Shown: positions 31,583 to 42,500 of the stretch, one piece after another
Position numbering within the stretch: the first letter of the stretch is position 1
Layout of the letters: each line of letters starts with the position of its first letter
Assembly (NCBI GenBank): GCA_041658665.1
Contig: JBAZZR010000001.1
Coordinates: 64,576-128,575, forward strand
Direction of reading: 5' to 3'
DNA: 64,000 bases
Source of the DNA: Patescibacteria group bacterium
Lineage (GTDB): Bacteria > Patescibacteriota > Patescibacteriia > Patescibacteriales > UBA12465
The notes under the pieces: generated by a model
What the model saw: the letters and a program-made list of their open reading frames with translations, nothing else
The model's database searches: none
What the model was told of the DNA's origin: nothing
Translations under genes and position numbers: made by a program

Positions 31583-34500
31583 ATGTTTAAACGAAAATCA
31601 TTCGTCGATTTGACCGGCGCTATCGCCATGCCCGACCTCATTGAGATCCAGACGGATAGTTATAGCTGGTTTTTGAAAGAAGGTTTGGCGGAGTTATTCG
31701 ACGAAATAAATCCGGTTTCTGATTTTATTGGTCGTGATTTAGAGCTCTATTTCGATGATTATTATTTAGATGAACCGAAGTTTTCGGAAGTGGAGAGCCG
31801 AGAGAAGAATATTACTTATGAAGCGCCGCTCCGGGTTAAGACGCGTTTAGTTAATAAGAAAAGCGGCCGGTCTTTAAATCAGGAAGTTTTCTTGGGCGAC
31901 TTTCCTCTGATGACCGATAAAGGAACTTTTATTATTAATGGTATTGAGCGCGTTGTTGTTTCTCAACTAATTAGAAGCGCCGGCGTTATGTTTACCGCCG
32001 AATTTATTAAGGGTAAAAAATGTTACGGCGCGAAAATAATTCCGAATCGTGGAGCTTGGTTAGAAATTGAGTCAGACTCTAATAAAGTTCTCTGGGTGAG
32101 AATAGATCGGAAACGGAAAGTCGCCGTTACTTCGCTCTTACGGGCTTTTGGTTACGAGACTGATGAGGAATTAATTAAATTATTTGCCGATGTTGATTTA
32201 GTTAAGAGTAAGGAAGAAAAATCTTTTATTGAAGCGACGATTGAAAAAGATGCCGCCAAAAATGAAGCGGAAGGTTTACAAGAAGTTTATCGTCGTATTC
32301 GTCCGGGCGATTTAGCCTCGGTTGATAATGCCCGTCAGCTTATTCATTCCATGTTTTTTCGCTTTGATCGTTATGACTTCGGTCGGGTCGGACGCTATAA
32401 ATTAAATCGTCGGTTTGCCTTAGATTTAACCGCCGCTAAGAAAGAGAATCGAATTTTGCGCAAAGAAGATTTAGTTTTAATAATTAAAGAAGTTATTAGT
32501 TTAAATATTACTAAAAAGTTGGAAGATGATATTGATCATTTAGGTAATCGTCGTATTCGGGCGATCGGCGGTTTAATTCAAAATCGTTTTCGAGTCGGTT
32601 TAGCTCGCATGGAACGTATTATTAAAGATCGCATGTCGACTTCAGACGTCGCTTCTCTTACGCCTAGTAAATTAGTCAACGCGCGGCCGGTGATCGGCGT
32701 AGTCCGCGAGTTTTTCATGTCTTCTCAGCTATCGCAGTTTATGGATCAGACTAATCCGCTCGCGGAATTAGAGCATAAGCGGCGCTTATCGGCGATGGGA
32801 CCGGGCGGTTTGACGAGAGAACGAGCCGGATTCGATGTCCGCGATGTGCACGCTACTCATTACGGTCGTATTTGCCCGATTGCTACTCCAGAAGGTCCGA
32901 ACATTGGTTTAGTCGGCCACTTAGCTAGCTATGCCCGTCTAAATAGTTACGGATTTTTAGAGGCGCCTTATCGGAAAGTTAGTCATGACAAAAAGGGCAG
33001 TCGGGTAACCGATGAAATAGTTTATTTAGACGCTTTTGAGGAAGAAAAATATATTACCGTTGACGCTACTATTCCCGTTAATCAGGATGGTTATTTTATT
33101 GTTAATAAATTTGAAGTGAGAAAATTCGGTCAGCCGGGCTTAGAAGAAGTAAATAAAATTGATTTTGTCGGTTTAGCCGCTAACCAGATTATTTCAGTAG
33201 CGACTTCGCTTATTCCTTTCATGGAACATAACGACGGGCAGAGATCGCTCATGGGTACGAACATGCAACGTCAGGCGGTTCCCTTAATTAAGAGTGAATC
33301 GCCGATTGTTGGTACCGGCGTTGAAGAACGCGCGGCGCGAGATAGCGGCCATGTCGTTATTAGTAAAGAGGACGGTATAATTACTAAAGCCGACGCGATG
33401 CTGATTGAGGTCCAGGATAAAAAAGGCCAAGTAAGTGCTTATCGTTTAAATAAATTTTTACGCTCTAATTCCTCGACTTGTATTAACCAGCACCCAGTAG
33501 TCGAAGTTGGCCAAAAAGTTAAAAAGGGTGATATTTTATCCGATGGGCCGGCGATTGATAACGGTGAATTATCTTTAGGGCGCAATGTTCTAGTCGCTTT
33601 TATGACCTGGGACGGTTTTAACTATGAAGATGCCGTTATTATTTCGGAGCGGTTAGTTAAAGAGGATATTTACTCTTCTATTCATATTGAAAATTATACA
33701 ATTGATGTTCGCGATACTAAGCTCGGTCCGGAAGTTATTACTAATGATATTCCTAACATTAGCGAGGAGAAGTTGAAAAATTTGGACGAAGAAGGGATTA
33801 TTAGTATCGGCGCCGAGGTTTCCTCGGGCGATATTTTAGTCGGTAAGATTACGCCTAAAGGCGAGACGACTTTGTCGGCGGAAGAAAAATTATTACGAGC
33901 TATTTTCGGGGAGAAAGCTAAAGACGTCCGCGACTCTTCCTTATATCTAGAACATGGAGAGCATGGCAAAGTAGTGGATATTAAGATTTTTTCTCGCGAG
34001 AGCGGCGATAAATTATCGGCCGGAGTTTTGAAATCAATTCAAGTGGCCGTGGCTAATTTGCGAAAAATTCAGGTGGGCGATAAAATGTCTGGCCGCCATG
34101 GTAATAAAGGAGTTATTTCTAAAGTTGTGCCGATTGAAGATATGCCTTTCTTAGCGGATGGGACGCCGATTGACGTTATTCTTTCGCCGCTAGGAATTAT
34201 TTCTCGTATGAACCTGGGTCAGCTTTTAGAAACTCATCTCGGGTTTGCCGCTCAAAAATTAGGTTATAAAGTAGTGAGCCCGGCTTTAAATGGTATTACC
34301 GGCGAACAGATCCGTGAACAATTAAAAGCCGCGGGGTTGCCGGAGGATGGTAAGGTTATGCTCTATGACGGTAAGACCGGTTCGGCTTATGATCATAAAA
34401 TTACGGTTGGCTATAAATATATTCTGAAATTAAATCATATGGTTGATGATAAGATCCACCAGCGCTCCATCGGTCCTTATTCTTTAATTACGCAACAGCC

Positions 34501-34891
34501 TTTAGGCGGTAAAGCGCAGTTCGGCGGCCAGCGATTTGGAGAGATGGAAGTTTGGGCTTTAGAGGGTTACGGCGCGGCGCATACTTTACAAGAAATGTTA
34601 ACGATTAAATCTGATGATGTTCCCGGTCGCAGTAAGGCTTATGAGGCGATTATAAAAGGCGAGGAAATTGAAAAATTAAATGTGCCGGAATCTTTCAATG
34701 TCTTAATTAGAGAATTAAAAGGCCTTGGTCTTAATGTCGAGCTTTTAGACGGTCGCGGGGGCAGTCCGGCTTCCGAAGTTCTGACGGAAATAGACGAAGT
34801 AGTCCAGAAAGAAGAAAAACTTATCTCTGATCAACCGGAAATAGTAGTCAGTTTAGAGGAAAATGTTTCTGAGGGAGAGACTGATAAGTAA
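31583..34891 (+). CDS. rpoB: DNA-directed RNA polymerase subunit beta
   Basis: Conserved blocks include GTFIINGIERVVVSQL, RRLSAMGPGGL, NMQRQAVP and GRHGNKGV. Confidence 0.98.
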   Translation: MFKRKSFVDLTGAIAMPDLIEIQTDSYSWFLKEGLAELFDEINPVSDFIGRDLELYFDDYYLDEPKFSEVESREKNITYEAPLRVKTRLVNKKSGRSLNQEVFLGDFPLMTDKGTFIINGIERVVVSQLIRSAGVMFTAEFIKGKKCYGAKIIPNRGAWLEIESDSNKVLWVRIDRKRKVAVTSLLRAFGYETDEELIKLFADVDLVKSKEEKSFIEATIEKDAAKNEAEGLQEVYRRIRPGDLASVDNARQLIHSMFFRFDRYDFGRVGRYKLNRRFALDLTAAKKENRILRKEDLVLIIKEVISLNITKKLEDDIDHLGNRRIRAIGGLIQNRFRVGLARMERIIKDRMSTSDVASLTPSKLVNARPVIGVVREFFMSSQLSQFMDQTNPLAELEHKRRLSAMGPGGLTRERAGFDVRDVHATHYGRICPIATPEGPNIGLVGHLASYARLNSYGFLEAPYRKVSHDKKGSRVTDEIVYLDAFEEEKYITVDATIPVNQDGYFIVNKFEVRKFGQPGLEEVNKIDFVGLAANQIISVATSLIPFMEHNDGQRSLMGTNMQRQAVPLIKSESPIVGTGVEERAARDSGHVVISKEDGIITKADAMLIEVQDKKGQVSAYRLNKFLRSNSSTCINQHPVVEVGQKVKKGDILSDGPAIDNGELSLGRNVLVAFMTWDGFNYEDAVIISERLVKEDIYSSIHIENYTIDVRDTKLGPEVITNDIPNISEEKLKNLDEEGIISIGAEVSSGDILVGKITPKGETTLSAEEKLLRAIFGEKAKDVRDSSLYLEHGEHGKVVDIKIFSRESGDKLSAGVLKSIQVAVANLRKIQVGDKMSGRHGNKGVISKVVPIEDMPFLADGTPIDVILSPLGIISRMNLGQLLETHLGFAAQKLGYKVVSPALNGITGEQIREQLKAAGLPEDGKVMLYDGKTGSAYDHKITVGYKYILKLNHMVDDKIHQRSIGPYSLITQQPLGGKAQFGGQRFGEMEVWALEGYGAAHTLQEMLTIKSDDVPGRSKAYEAIIKGEEIEKLNVPESFNVLIRELKGLGLNVELLDGRGGSPASEVLTEIDEVVQKEEKLISDQPEIVVSLEENVSEGETDK

Positions 34892-34969
34892 AGAAAACTG
34901 GCCGAACGGATTAAGAAGAGCGGCCACGTAATTTGCTATTAAATTTTTATAATTTTTAACTTATAGCGT

Positions 34970-37900
34970 ATGTTAAATCCGATCAAAACTAGCGACTTCG
35001 CAGCGATCCGTTTAAAGCTGGCCAGTCCTGATGAGATTTTAGCCTGGTCGCATGGTGAGATAACTAGACCGGAAACCATTAATTATCGCACTCAGAAACC
35101 GGAGAAAGACGGTTTATTTTGCGAAAAGATTTTTGGTCCGACTAAAGATTGGGAGTGCGCCTGCGGCAAATATAAAAAAATTCGTTACAAGGGAATTGTT
35201 TGCGATAAATGCGGGGTCGAGGTTACTCGCAGTATTGTTCGTCGCGAACGCTTAGGTCATATTAGCTTGCAAGTGCCGGTTTCTCATATTTGGTTTTTAC
35301 GCGGCCTGTCTTCTAAAATAGGCTTGCTGCTTAGTTTAGGTATCCAGTCTTTAGAGAAAGTTATTTATTATGCTAGTTTTATCGTGACGGAAGTCGATGA
35401 AAATTTAAAACAGGCCACGATTGAACAAGTGAAAGCGGAATACAAATCTAAACTGAAGGGAATCGATAATGATTATAATAATCAGTTTAAAAAAGTTAAG
35501 GAAACTAATCAGGGCGTTTCCGAAAATAGCCCGGAAATGAAAGAAATTGTTAAGGCTAAAGCGGATCGTTTAGCGCGCCTGGAAGAAGATTTTGGTCAGG
35601 TGCAAAGGGAGCTGAAGGAATTAAAACCGCTACTGATTTTATCGGAACAGCAATATCAGGATTTAAGCCGTAAATTTGGTCATATTTTTGAAGCGGCGAT
35701 TGGGGCGACTGCTATTCGTCATCTTTTAGAAAAGATTGATTTGGAAAAAAGTATTAAGCATATCGAAGAAAAATTAGACAGCGCCATCGATTCTAAGAAG
35801 GAAAAACTAATTAAGCGTTTAAAATTATTAAAGAGTTTTAGAAATAATAATATCCGTCCGGAATGGATGATTATGACGGTCATGCCAGTAGTGCCGCCGG
35901 ATTTACGTCCGATGGTTGCTTTAGACGGCGGCCGTTTTGCGGCTTCGGATTTAAATGATTTATATCGACGGATTATTAATCGTAATAACCGTTTGAAACA
36001 GCTCATCGATTTAAATGCGCCGGAAGTTATCTGTCGTAATGAAAAAAGAATGTTGCAGGAGGCGGTTGATGCTTTAATTGATAACAGCGCCCGTCATACT
36101 AAGACGGTGACGGCTTCAACCGGCCAGAAGCGTCAGCTTAAATCTTTAGCCGATACTTTAAAAGGTAAGCAAGGTCGTTTTCGTCAAAATTTATTAGGTA
36201 AACGTGTCGATTATTCTGGTCGTAGTGTTATTGTAGTTAATCCTCGTTTAAATCTTGATCAGTGCGGTTTGCCTAAGACTATGGCTTTAGAATTATTTAA
36301 GCCTTTTGTTATTTCTCAACTCATCAAGCGAGAAATCGTGCATAACGTTCGGAGTGCTTCTCGTTATATGGAGGCGGGTCATGACGAAGTTTGGGATATT
36401 TTAGAAGAAATAATTCAAGGCGCTTTTGTTTTATTAAATCGGGCGCCGACTTTACATCGTTTAGGTATTCAGGCTTTTCGGCCGATTTTAATTGAAGGTA
36501 AAGCTATTCAGATTCATCCTTTAGTTTGTACAGCTTTTAACGCTGATTTTGACGGTGATCAAATGGCCGTCCATGTTCCTTTAACTAAAGAAGCGAAACA
36601 TGAAGCCGAAACTTTAATGCTCTCTTCCCACAATCTCCTTAAACCAGCCACGGGCGATCCGATTGTCGCTCCCGCTCAGGATATTGTTTGGGGGACTTAT
36701 TATATTACTTTAGTTGAGGCGGATTATAGTATCAAAAAAGATGAGGAGCTACATTTCTTCTATAATACCGACGAAGCGCTTTTGGCTTATGAGACGGGCG
36801 GAATCGCTTTACACGAAGCGATCCGGGTTAGGTATGACGGGGCGATGCTTAAAACTACGGTTGGTCGTTTAATTTTTAATTCTTTGCTGCCAGAAAAATT
36901 ACGTTATTTGAATGATGTCGTCGGTAAAGGAAAATTAAAAGATTTAATTAGAGATTGTTTACGAATTTATGGCGAGGAAGAAACGGTTAAGTTTATTGAT
37001 AGTTTAAAGAACCGGAGCTTCGCTTTTATTACCAAATCCGGATTATCTTGGGGCTTCGGCGACTTACCTGATTTACCAGAAAAAGATCATTTAATTCAAG
37101 CCGCTAACGAGAAAGTTGATCTTATTCAAGAACAATATGAAGAGGGCTTATTAACTGATAGTGAGCGCTACTCGAAAGTAATTGAAGAATGGACTAGTAC
37201 GAAAGATAAGATTGCCGATATTTGTAAGAAAGGACTAGCCAATATTTTACCGGTTTACTCGATGATTGATTCGGGCGCGCGTGGTTCTTGGGCTCAGCCT
37301 GTTCAGATTTTAGGCATGAAAGGTTTGGTGACTTCGCCTTCCGGCGCCATTTTCGAATTACCGGTTAAAGGAAATTTTAAAGAAGGTTTCGGAGTACTAG
37401 AATATTTCATCTCTACCCACGGCGTTCGGAAAGGTTTATCAGATACGGCTTTAAGAACCGCTAACGCCGGCTATTTAACGCGTCGTTTAGTCGATGTTTC
37501 TCAAGATGTTATTGTCTCCGAAGAAGATTGTGGCGATACGGTTGGTTTAGATTTAAATAAAACGGCAGTGGAAAAGAGCGGCGAAGATTTCTTTAAACGT
37601 TTGACTGGCCGTTATTTAGCCAAAGACTTACTTAACGCGAAGGGGAAAGTAATTTTGGCTGTTGGCGAATTACTAGATGAGGAACGCATTAAATTATTAA
37701 AGACTCAAGAAATTACCGATATCTGCGTTCGGTCAGTGTTGAGCTGCCGCATGCATAAGGGGATTTGCGCTAAATGTTATGGCTGGGACTTAGCTTATAA
37801 CAAGGAAGTTAAAATTGGCTCAACGGTTGGGATTATCGCCGCTCAGTCAATTGGCGAACCAGGCACGCAGCTGACGATGAGAACTTTCCATACGGGAGGA

Positions 37901-38902
37901 GTCGCTGGTCAAGATGATATTACTCAAGGTTTGCCGCGGGTTGAAGAAATATTTGAGGCGCGTAGTCCGAAGAAAAAAGCGTTGATTTCTGATGTGGCTG
38001 GCCGCATTAAGATTGAATTTGCTCAGAGAATAATTAAAGATAAGGATGGTCGAGAAATTTCCGTGGATAATCCCCAAACTAAGATTCTTCGAATTTATTA
38101 TCGTGGCGAAGATCATGATAAATATTATTTTTCGGAAAAACTTAATGAATTAAAACTAGCCGGTGGTTTAACGGCTAAAGATACTAAAAAATTAGAAATT
38201 AAAGTTTTAGTTAAAAACGGGGCAGTCGTCACTAAGAATTCCGAGCTGTTTAAAGCCGGTGGCGAAGTTGTCTTAGCTAAAGTCGGCGGCCGGGTAGCGA
38301 TTAGTGATAAATATGTGAGTGTTGCTAAGGAAGTCGATAAAGCTAAAGAATATCCGATTTTAAAAGGTACGATGATCATGGTAAAAGACGGTGATACGAT
38401 TGAACGCGGCACGCAACTAACGGAAGGGAGTTTAGATTTGCGTGAACTTTATAAATTAAAAGGCCGCTTAGAAACTCAGAAATATATCATTAAAGAAATT
38501 CAATATGTTTATTCTTCACAAGGGCAGCCTTTAAATGATAAGCACGTTGAAATAATCGCTCGTCAGATGTTCTCGCGTTATTTAGTTAAAGAAGCGGGAG
38601 AAACTATTCTTTTGCCTGGCGAAACTATTGAGGAAGAAGTTCTTGAGCAGGCTAATAAGGGTCTTAAGAAACCGGCTTTAGCCGAACGTCTATTACTTGG
38701 AATTACGAAGGCTTCTTTGACGACGGATAGCTTTTTATCGGCTGCTTCTTTCCAAGAAACTTCTCGGGTTTTAATTGACGCGGCGGTTAATGGTAAAATA
38801 GATTATTTGGAAGGCTTAAAAGAAAATGTGATTATCGGTTGTTTGATTCCGGCCGGTACCGGGTATAAGGGTAAACAGAAACGTTTAGATTATGGAAAAT
38901 AA
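34970..38902 (+). CDS. rpoC: DNA-directed RNA polymerase subunit beta'
   Basis: Zn-finger CACGKYKKIRYKGIVCDKCG, catalytic NADFDGDQM, and bridge-helix and trigger-loop blocks. Confidence 0.98.
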   Translation: MLNPIKTSDFAAIRLKLASPDEILAWSHGEITRPETINYRTQKPEKDGLFCEKIFGPTKDWECACGKYKKIRYKGIVCDKCGVEVTRSIVRRERLGHISLQVPVSHIWFLRGLSSKIGLLLSLGIQSLEKVIYYASFIVTEVDENLKQATIEQVKAEYKSKLKGIDNDYNNQFKKVKETNQGVSENSPEMKEIVKAKADRLARLEEDFGQVQRELKELKPLLILSEQQYQDLSRKFGHIFEAAIGATAIRHLLEKIDLEKSIKHIEEKLDSAIDSKKEKLIKRLKLLKSFRNNNIRPEWMIMTVMPVVPPDLRPMVALDGGRFAASDLNDLYRRIINRNNRLKQLIDLNAPEVICRNEKRMLQEAVDALIDNSARHTKTVTASTGQKRQLKSLADTLKGKQGRFRQNLLGKRVDYSGRSVIVVNPRLNLDQCGLPKTMALELFKPFVISQLIKREIVHNVRSASRYMEAGHDEVWDILEEIIQGAFVLLNRAPTLHRLGIQAFRPILIEGKAIQIHPLVCTAFNADFDGDQMAVHVPLTKEAKHEAETLMLSSHNLLKPATGDPIVAPAQDIVWGTYYITLVEADYSIKKDEELHFFYNTDEALLAYETGGIALHEAIRVRYDGAMLKTTVGRLIFNSLLPEKLRYLNDVVGKGKLKDLIRDCLRIYGEEETVKFIDSLKNRSFAFITKSGLSWGFGDLPDLPEKDHLIQAANEKVDLIQEQYEEGLLTDSERYSKVIEEWTSTKDKIADICKKGLANILPVYSMIDSGARGSWAQPVQILGMKGLVTSPSGAIFELPVKGNFKEGFGVLEYFISTHGVRKGLSDTALRTANAGYLTRRLVDVSQDVIVSEEDCGDTVGLDLNKTAVEKSGEDFFKRLTGRYLAKDLLNAKGKVILAVGELLDEERIKLLKTQEITDICVRSVLSCRMHKGICAKCYGWDLAYNKEVKIGSTVGIIAAQSIGEPGTQLTMRTFHTGGVAGQDDITQGLPRVEEIFEARSPKKKALISDVAGRIKIEFAQRIIKDKDGREISVDNPQTKILRIYYRGEDHDKYYFSEKLNELKLAGGLTAKDTKKLEIKVLVKNGAVVTKNSELFKAGGEVVLAKVGGRVAISDKYVSVAKEVDKAKEYPILKGTMIMVKDGDTIERGTQLTEGSLDLRELYKLKGRLETQKYIIKEIQYVYSSQGQPLNDKHVEIIARQMFSRYLVKEAGETILLPGETIEEEVLEQANKGLKKPALAERLLLGITKASLTTDSFLSAASFQETSRVLIDAAVNGKIDYLEGLKENVIIGCLIPAGTGYKGKQKRLDYGK

Positions 38903-38926
38903 ATAATTTCAATATTAAGTCTAAAA

Positions 38927-38956
38927 AAGAAGCTTTCTCGTCGAAGCTTCTTTTTT
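38927..38956 (+). terminator. intrinsic terminator after rpoC
   Basis: AAGAAGCTT / AAGCTTCTT stem followed by a T-run. Confidence 0.75.
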
Positions 38957-39007
38957 GATTAGGGCTTTTTTTATTGCTAAAAATAAAGTAAAATATAGTT
39001 AATAGTT

Positions 39008-40459
39008 ATGTCTTACCTCGAATTAAAAAAATGGCCATTTTTACGGCCAGGACGATTATTCGCCGGCCTTATTTTAGCGTTGCTGATTGTTATTTTTAGT
39101 TGTTTCATTTATTCTTTTGGTTCAGGGAGCCGAGTTACCTATACGCGTCATTATTCCTGGGGTTTAAATTTAATCGGTCGAGCGATGATTAGTGATTTTA
39201 TGCCAGGAGACAATATTTCCCCCTCCTCTTTTTGGTCGGATTTAAGAATAAAAGCTGAGCCGCTCTCTTTTTCCGTTAAGGCGCCTAAAGAATTTCGGCG
39301 GGCTATCGTTAAGGTTAAATATGGCGATTATTTATCGACTGATTTGCCGATAATTAAATTAGGAATTTTACGTCGGAATTCGTCAGATTTCTATGATTTT
39401 AAAGAATTACAAAATAATTTAGTTGATCGTTTGCGTTTTGACTGGAATCGTTTAGAGGATAGCGAAGAACGTTTAGTTTTACAGTCCGCGAAGAATTATT
39501 CTTCTTTAGATACCTTTAATCGGGATTTGCGGGCCAGTACTTTAACGACTTGTTCTCAGCCGTCTGTGGCTTGTTTAGCTACAGTTAATTATCCGCTAAC
39601 TATTAATTATCGTTTGCCTGATTATTTTTCTTTTTCGCCGATTAGCATTAAGCAGTCGCTACGTGGTAGTCATCAATTTTATGTTTATTTAAAAAATGAA
39701 GCTTGGCGTTTCTCTTTTAATTTTGGTCTTTTAGCGGACGATAATTATTCTAATCCTGGTCGGTCGGATATTATTGTTAGTTTAGCTGATGGCGATAAAA
39801 TTATCGCTTCTACTAAGATCTCTAAAGAATCTTGGTCGGCGACGACTTCTAACCAGTCGCTTGTCTTAAGGGGAGCGGGTCTATCCCCTGGTGCCTATCG
39901 AGTAAAAATTGAAGCGGATGATGGAATTATTACTCAAGAGATTCAAAGCTCGTCGCCTAAATTAGCCTTTATTAATCAGCTTAATTTAGTAGCGGCCAGT
40001 AGCACCCGGTTATTTACTGATGTCACGGATTTTTTAGGACAAGCTCGAGACAAGTCGGCGGCGGATATTGAATTTAATCGTCAGAAAACTAATTTAACGG
40101 AAAATTACCAACGAATAAAATTAGGCGTCCGTTCGGATATTAAGACCTTAGAATTACGAGGGAGCGTTTTTTTAGCCGGGCGGGGAAGTTGGTCTTTTAC
40201 GCCGGAGAGTTTTTTTAATCCCGTCATTCCCGAACTATATTCGTCCGAACAAATTAAGGATATTAAATATATTGTCGCTGATTATCAGTCGCCTCTAGGT
40301 GATCAAGACTTAAAGACAGCTCAAGTCGAATTTAATTTAGACGCCGCCCGTTATGAAAATAATCGTTATTACTTTTTATTAGCTATTCCCGGTCTGACTG
40401 ACCAAAACCCGGCTGATTATTTAGAAATTAAAGAAATGGCGGTAACTTTTTTTAATTAA
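39008..40459 (+). CDS. hypothetical membrane-anchored protein (483 aa)
   Basis: N-terminal TM helix LFAGLILALLIVIFSCFIY. The remainder has no recognisable motif. Confidence 0.55.
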   Translation: MSYLELKKWPFLRPGRLFAGLILALLIVIFSCFIYSFGSGSRVTYTRHYSWGLNLIGRAMISDFMPGDNISPSSFWSDLRIKAEPLSFSVKAPKEFRRAIVKVKYGDYLSTDLPIIKLGILRRNSSDFYDFKELQNNLVDRLRFDWNRLEDSEERLVLQSAKNYSSLDTFNRDLRASTLTTCSQPSVACLATVNYPLTINYRLPDYFSFSPISIKQSLRGSHQFYVYLKNEAWRFSFNFGLLADDNYSNPGRSDIIVSLADGDKIIASTKISKESWSATTSNQSLVLRGAGLSPGAYRVKIEADDGIITQEIQSSSPKLAFINQLNLVAASSTRLFTDVTDFLGQARDKSAADIEFNRQKTNLTENYQRIKLGVRSDIKTLELRGSVFLAGRGSWSFTPESFFNPVIPELYSSEQIKDIKYIVADYQSPLGDQDLKTAQVEFNLDAARYENNRYYFLLAIPGLTDQNPADYLEIKEMAVTFFN

Positions 40460-40493
40460 AATTGTAAAATTTATTTTTTAAGTTAAAATATTT

Positions 40494-42494
40494 ATGTCTA
40501 ATAAGTATCTGTCATATTTTTTCAATCCGCGCGCTATCGCCGTTATTGGCGCCTCCAGTAATCCGGAAAAATTAGGGAGGCAGATTCTAGATAATTTAAT
40601 ATCGGGAGGATTTTCGGGAGCGATTTATCCTATTAATCTTCAAGAAAAAAAAGTGGCGGGGCTGAAAGCCTATGCGGACTTAACCCTACTACCAGTGAAA
40701 GACCGAGCCGCTCTTTTAGTAGTTATTGTTATCCCTCGGAATTTTGTTTTAGCGGAACTTAAGAAATGTGTGGCTTTTGGGGTTAAAAATATTATTATTA
40801 TTAGCGCCGGTTTTAAAGAGGCGGATGAAGAGGGTCGAGAACTAGAGTCCGCGATTAAAGAACTGGCGAAGCTAAATAAACTAAATATTTTGGGGCCGAA
40901 TTGTTTAGGTTTGATTAATACTTGGCATAAGCTGAACGCGACTTTTGCGGCGGCGGATAAAGAAACGGGTAACACGGCGCTTTTATCGCAGTCGGGCGCG
41001 ATTGGTTCCGCCGCCTTAGATTGGTTAAAGATAAAAGATTTTAATTTTGGTTATTTTGTTAGTCTCGGCAATAAAGCGGTTTTAGACGAGAACCAGATTT
41101 TAGAATATTTGGCCAGCGATAAGCGTATTGATTTAATCATTGCTTATTTAGAAGAAATAAAAGATGGTCGTCGCTTAATGGAACTCATTTCTCGTTTAGT
41201 TAAACATAAACCGGTGGCTATTTTAAAAGCGGGGACGAGTGCCGCTGGCGGATCCTTAGCCCGTTCGCACACCGGTTCTTTAGCCGGATCGCTCGCGGCA
41301 GCGAAAGTCGGCTTAGAGCGAGCCGGGGCGATTTGGTTAGAAAGTCTTGAGGATTTATTTAATTTAATGTTGCTTTTTCGTAAAGAATCTTGGCATAATC
41401 GCGGTGCCCAGGATTTATATGTTATAACTAATGCCGGTGGCGTTGCGGTTTTAGCGGTTGATGAAATAAGCCGCCAAAATTTAGCTTTCGGCGGCAGTGA
41501 AGATTTATTAGGCGACGCGGATGCGGCTCGTTATGAAATTGCTTTACAAAAAACTTTAGCTAATAAAAAAATTAATAATCTCCTAGTCCTGCTTACCCCC
41601 CAAACTTCAACGGAACCGCTTAAAACCGCTCAGGCGGTAGTCGCCGTCGCTCGGAAATATCCTCATAAATTAATTATGACGAGTTTTGTCGGTGGTCGTG
41701 CGCTCAAAGAGGCTCGCTTACTTTTAGCTAAAAATAATATCGCCTCCTTTGATTACCCCGAAGAAGCGGTGCGGAGTTTTAAGAAATTAGTCGCCTATAA
41801 GGAATCTCGACTAAGTTTACGGCCCTATCGAGCCGCTCATTTAAAGTTTAAAAAACCCGTAGTGGACATTAGCTATTTAAAGTCTTTAGATTTATTAAAA
41901 CAATATGGTTTCCCGATTGTTCCGACGGTAAAATATAAGCCGAGCCAGTCCGTTTCTCTCCACTATCCGTTAGTTCTTAAGACCGTCGGTCCGGATTTTT
42001 TACATAAAAGTGATACGGGCGGAGTGGTGGCTAATTTACAAAATGGTGAAGAATTAAAAATAGCGGCGCGCGAGCTAAGCCGAAAGAATCGCCGCGCTTT
42101 TCTTAATCCCGCTAATCATTTAATAGTTCAAGAACAGGTTAAGTCATTTCAGGAAATAATTTTAGGTTTTCAGCGGGATAGTTCTTTCGGCCCGATGATT
42201 ATGGTTGGTTGGGGCGGAATTTATACGGAAATTTTAAAAGATTTTAAGCTTAGTGTCAGTGACTTAAATTACCGGCAGGCGCTAGAATTAATCTCGGGTC
42301 TGAAAGTCGCGGCTATTTTAAACGGGGCGCGTGGCCAGAAAAAATATGATGTTCGCTCTTTGGCTAAGGCTCTAGTCAATTTAGCGCGTTTAGCGAATGA
42401 ACATCCGGAGATTTCCGAGCTCGACATTAATCCTTTATTTGTTTTTGAGAAAGGGGTTAAAGCGGGCGATGTCCGAATTATTTTAAGTCGCTAA
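40494..42494 (+). CDS. ADP-forming acetyl-CoA synthetase (fused alpha/beta; acetate--CoA ligase, NDP-forming)
   Basis: N-terminal CoA-binding FFNPRAIAVIGASSNPEKLG, a succinyl-CoA-synthetase-like middle region with SHTGSLAG (phospho-His loop) and a C-terminal ATP-grasp domain. Confidence 0.8.
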   Translation: MSNKYLSYFFNPRAIAVIGASSNPEKLGRQILDNLISGGFSGAIYPINLQEKKVAGLKAYADLTLLPVKDRAALLVVIVIPRNFVLAELKKCVAFGVKNIIIISAGFKEADEEGRELESAIKELAKLNKLNILGPNCLGLINTWHKLNATFAAADKETGNTALLSQSGAIGSAALDWLKIKDFNFGYFVSLGNKAVLDENQILEYLASDKRIDLIIAYLEEIKDGRRLMELISRLVKHKPVAILKAGTSAAGGSLARSHTGSLAGSLAAAKVGLERAGAIWLESLEDLFNLMLLFRKESWHNRGAQDLYVITNAGGVAVLAVDEISRQNLAFGGSEDLLGDADAARYEIALQKTLANKKINNLLVLLTPQTSTEPLKTAQAVVAVARKYPHKLIMTSFVGGRALKEARLLLAKNNIASFDYPEEAVRSFKKLVAYKESRLSLRPYRAAHLKFKKPVVDISYLKSLDLLKQYGFPIVPTVKYKPSQSVSLHYPLVLKTVGPDFLHKSDTGGVVANLQNGEELKIAARELSRKNRRAFLNPANHLIVQEQVKSFQEIILGFQRDSSFGPMIMVGWGGIYTEILKDFKLSVSDLNYRQALELISGLKVAAILNGARGQKKYDVRSLAKALVNLARLANEHPEISELDINPLFVFEKGVKAGDVRIILSR

Positions 42495-42500
42495 TTATTT

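Noticed and set aside
35028-35034. CUGAUGA heptamers occur inside rpoC (35028-35034) and rpoB (32160-32166). I checked them as possible extra hammerheads.
   Set aside because: No stem II hairpin followed by GAAA exists downstream, and there is no UH cleavage site with a pairing stem I or stem III. These are chance matches within coding sequence.
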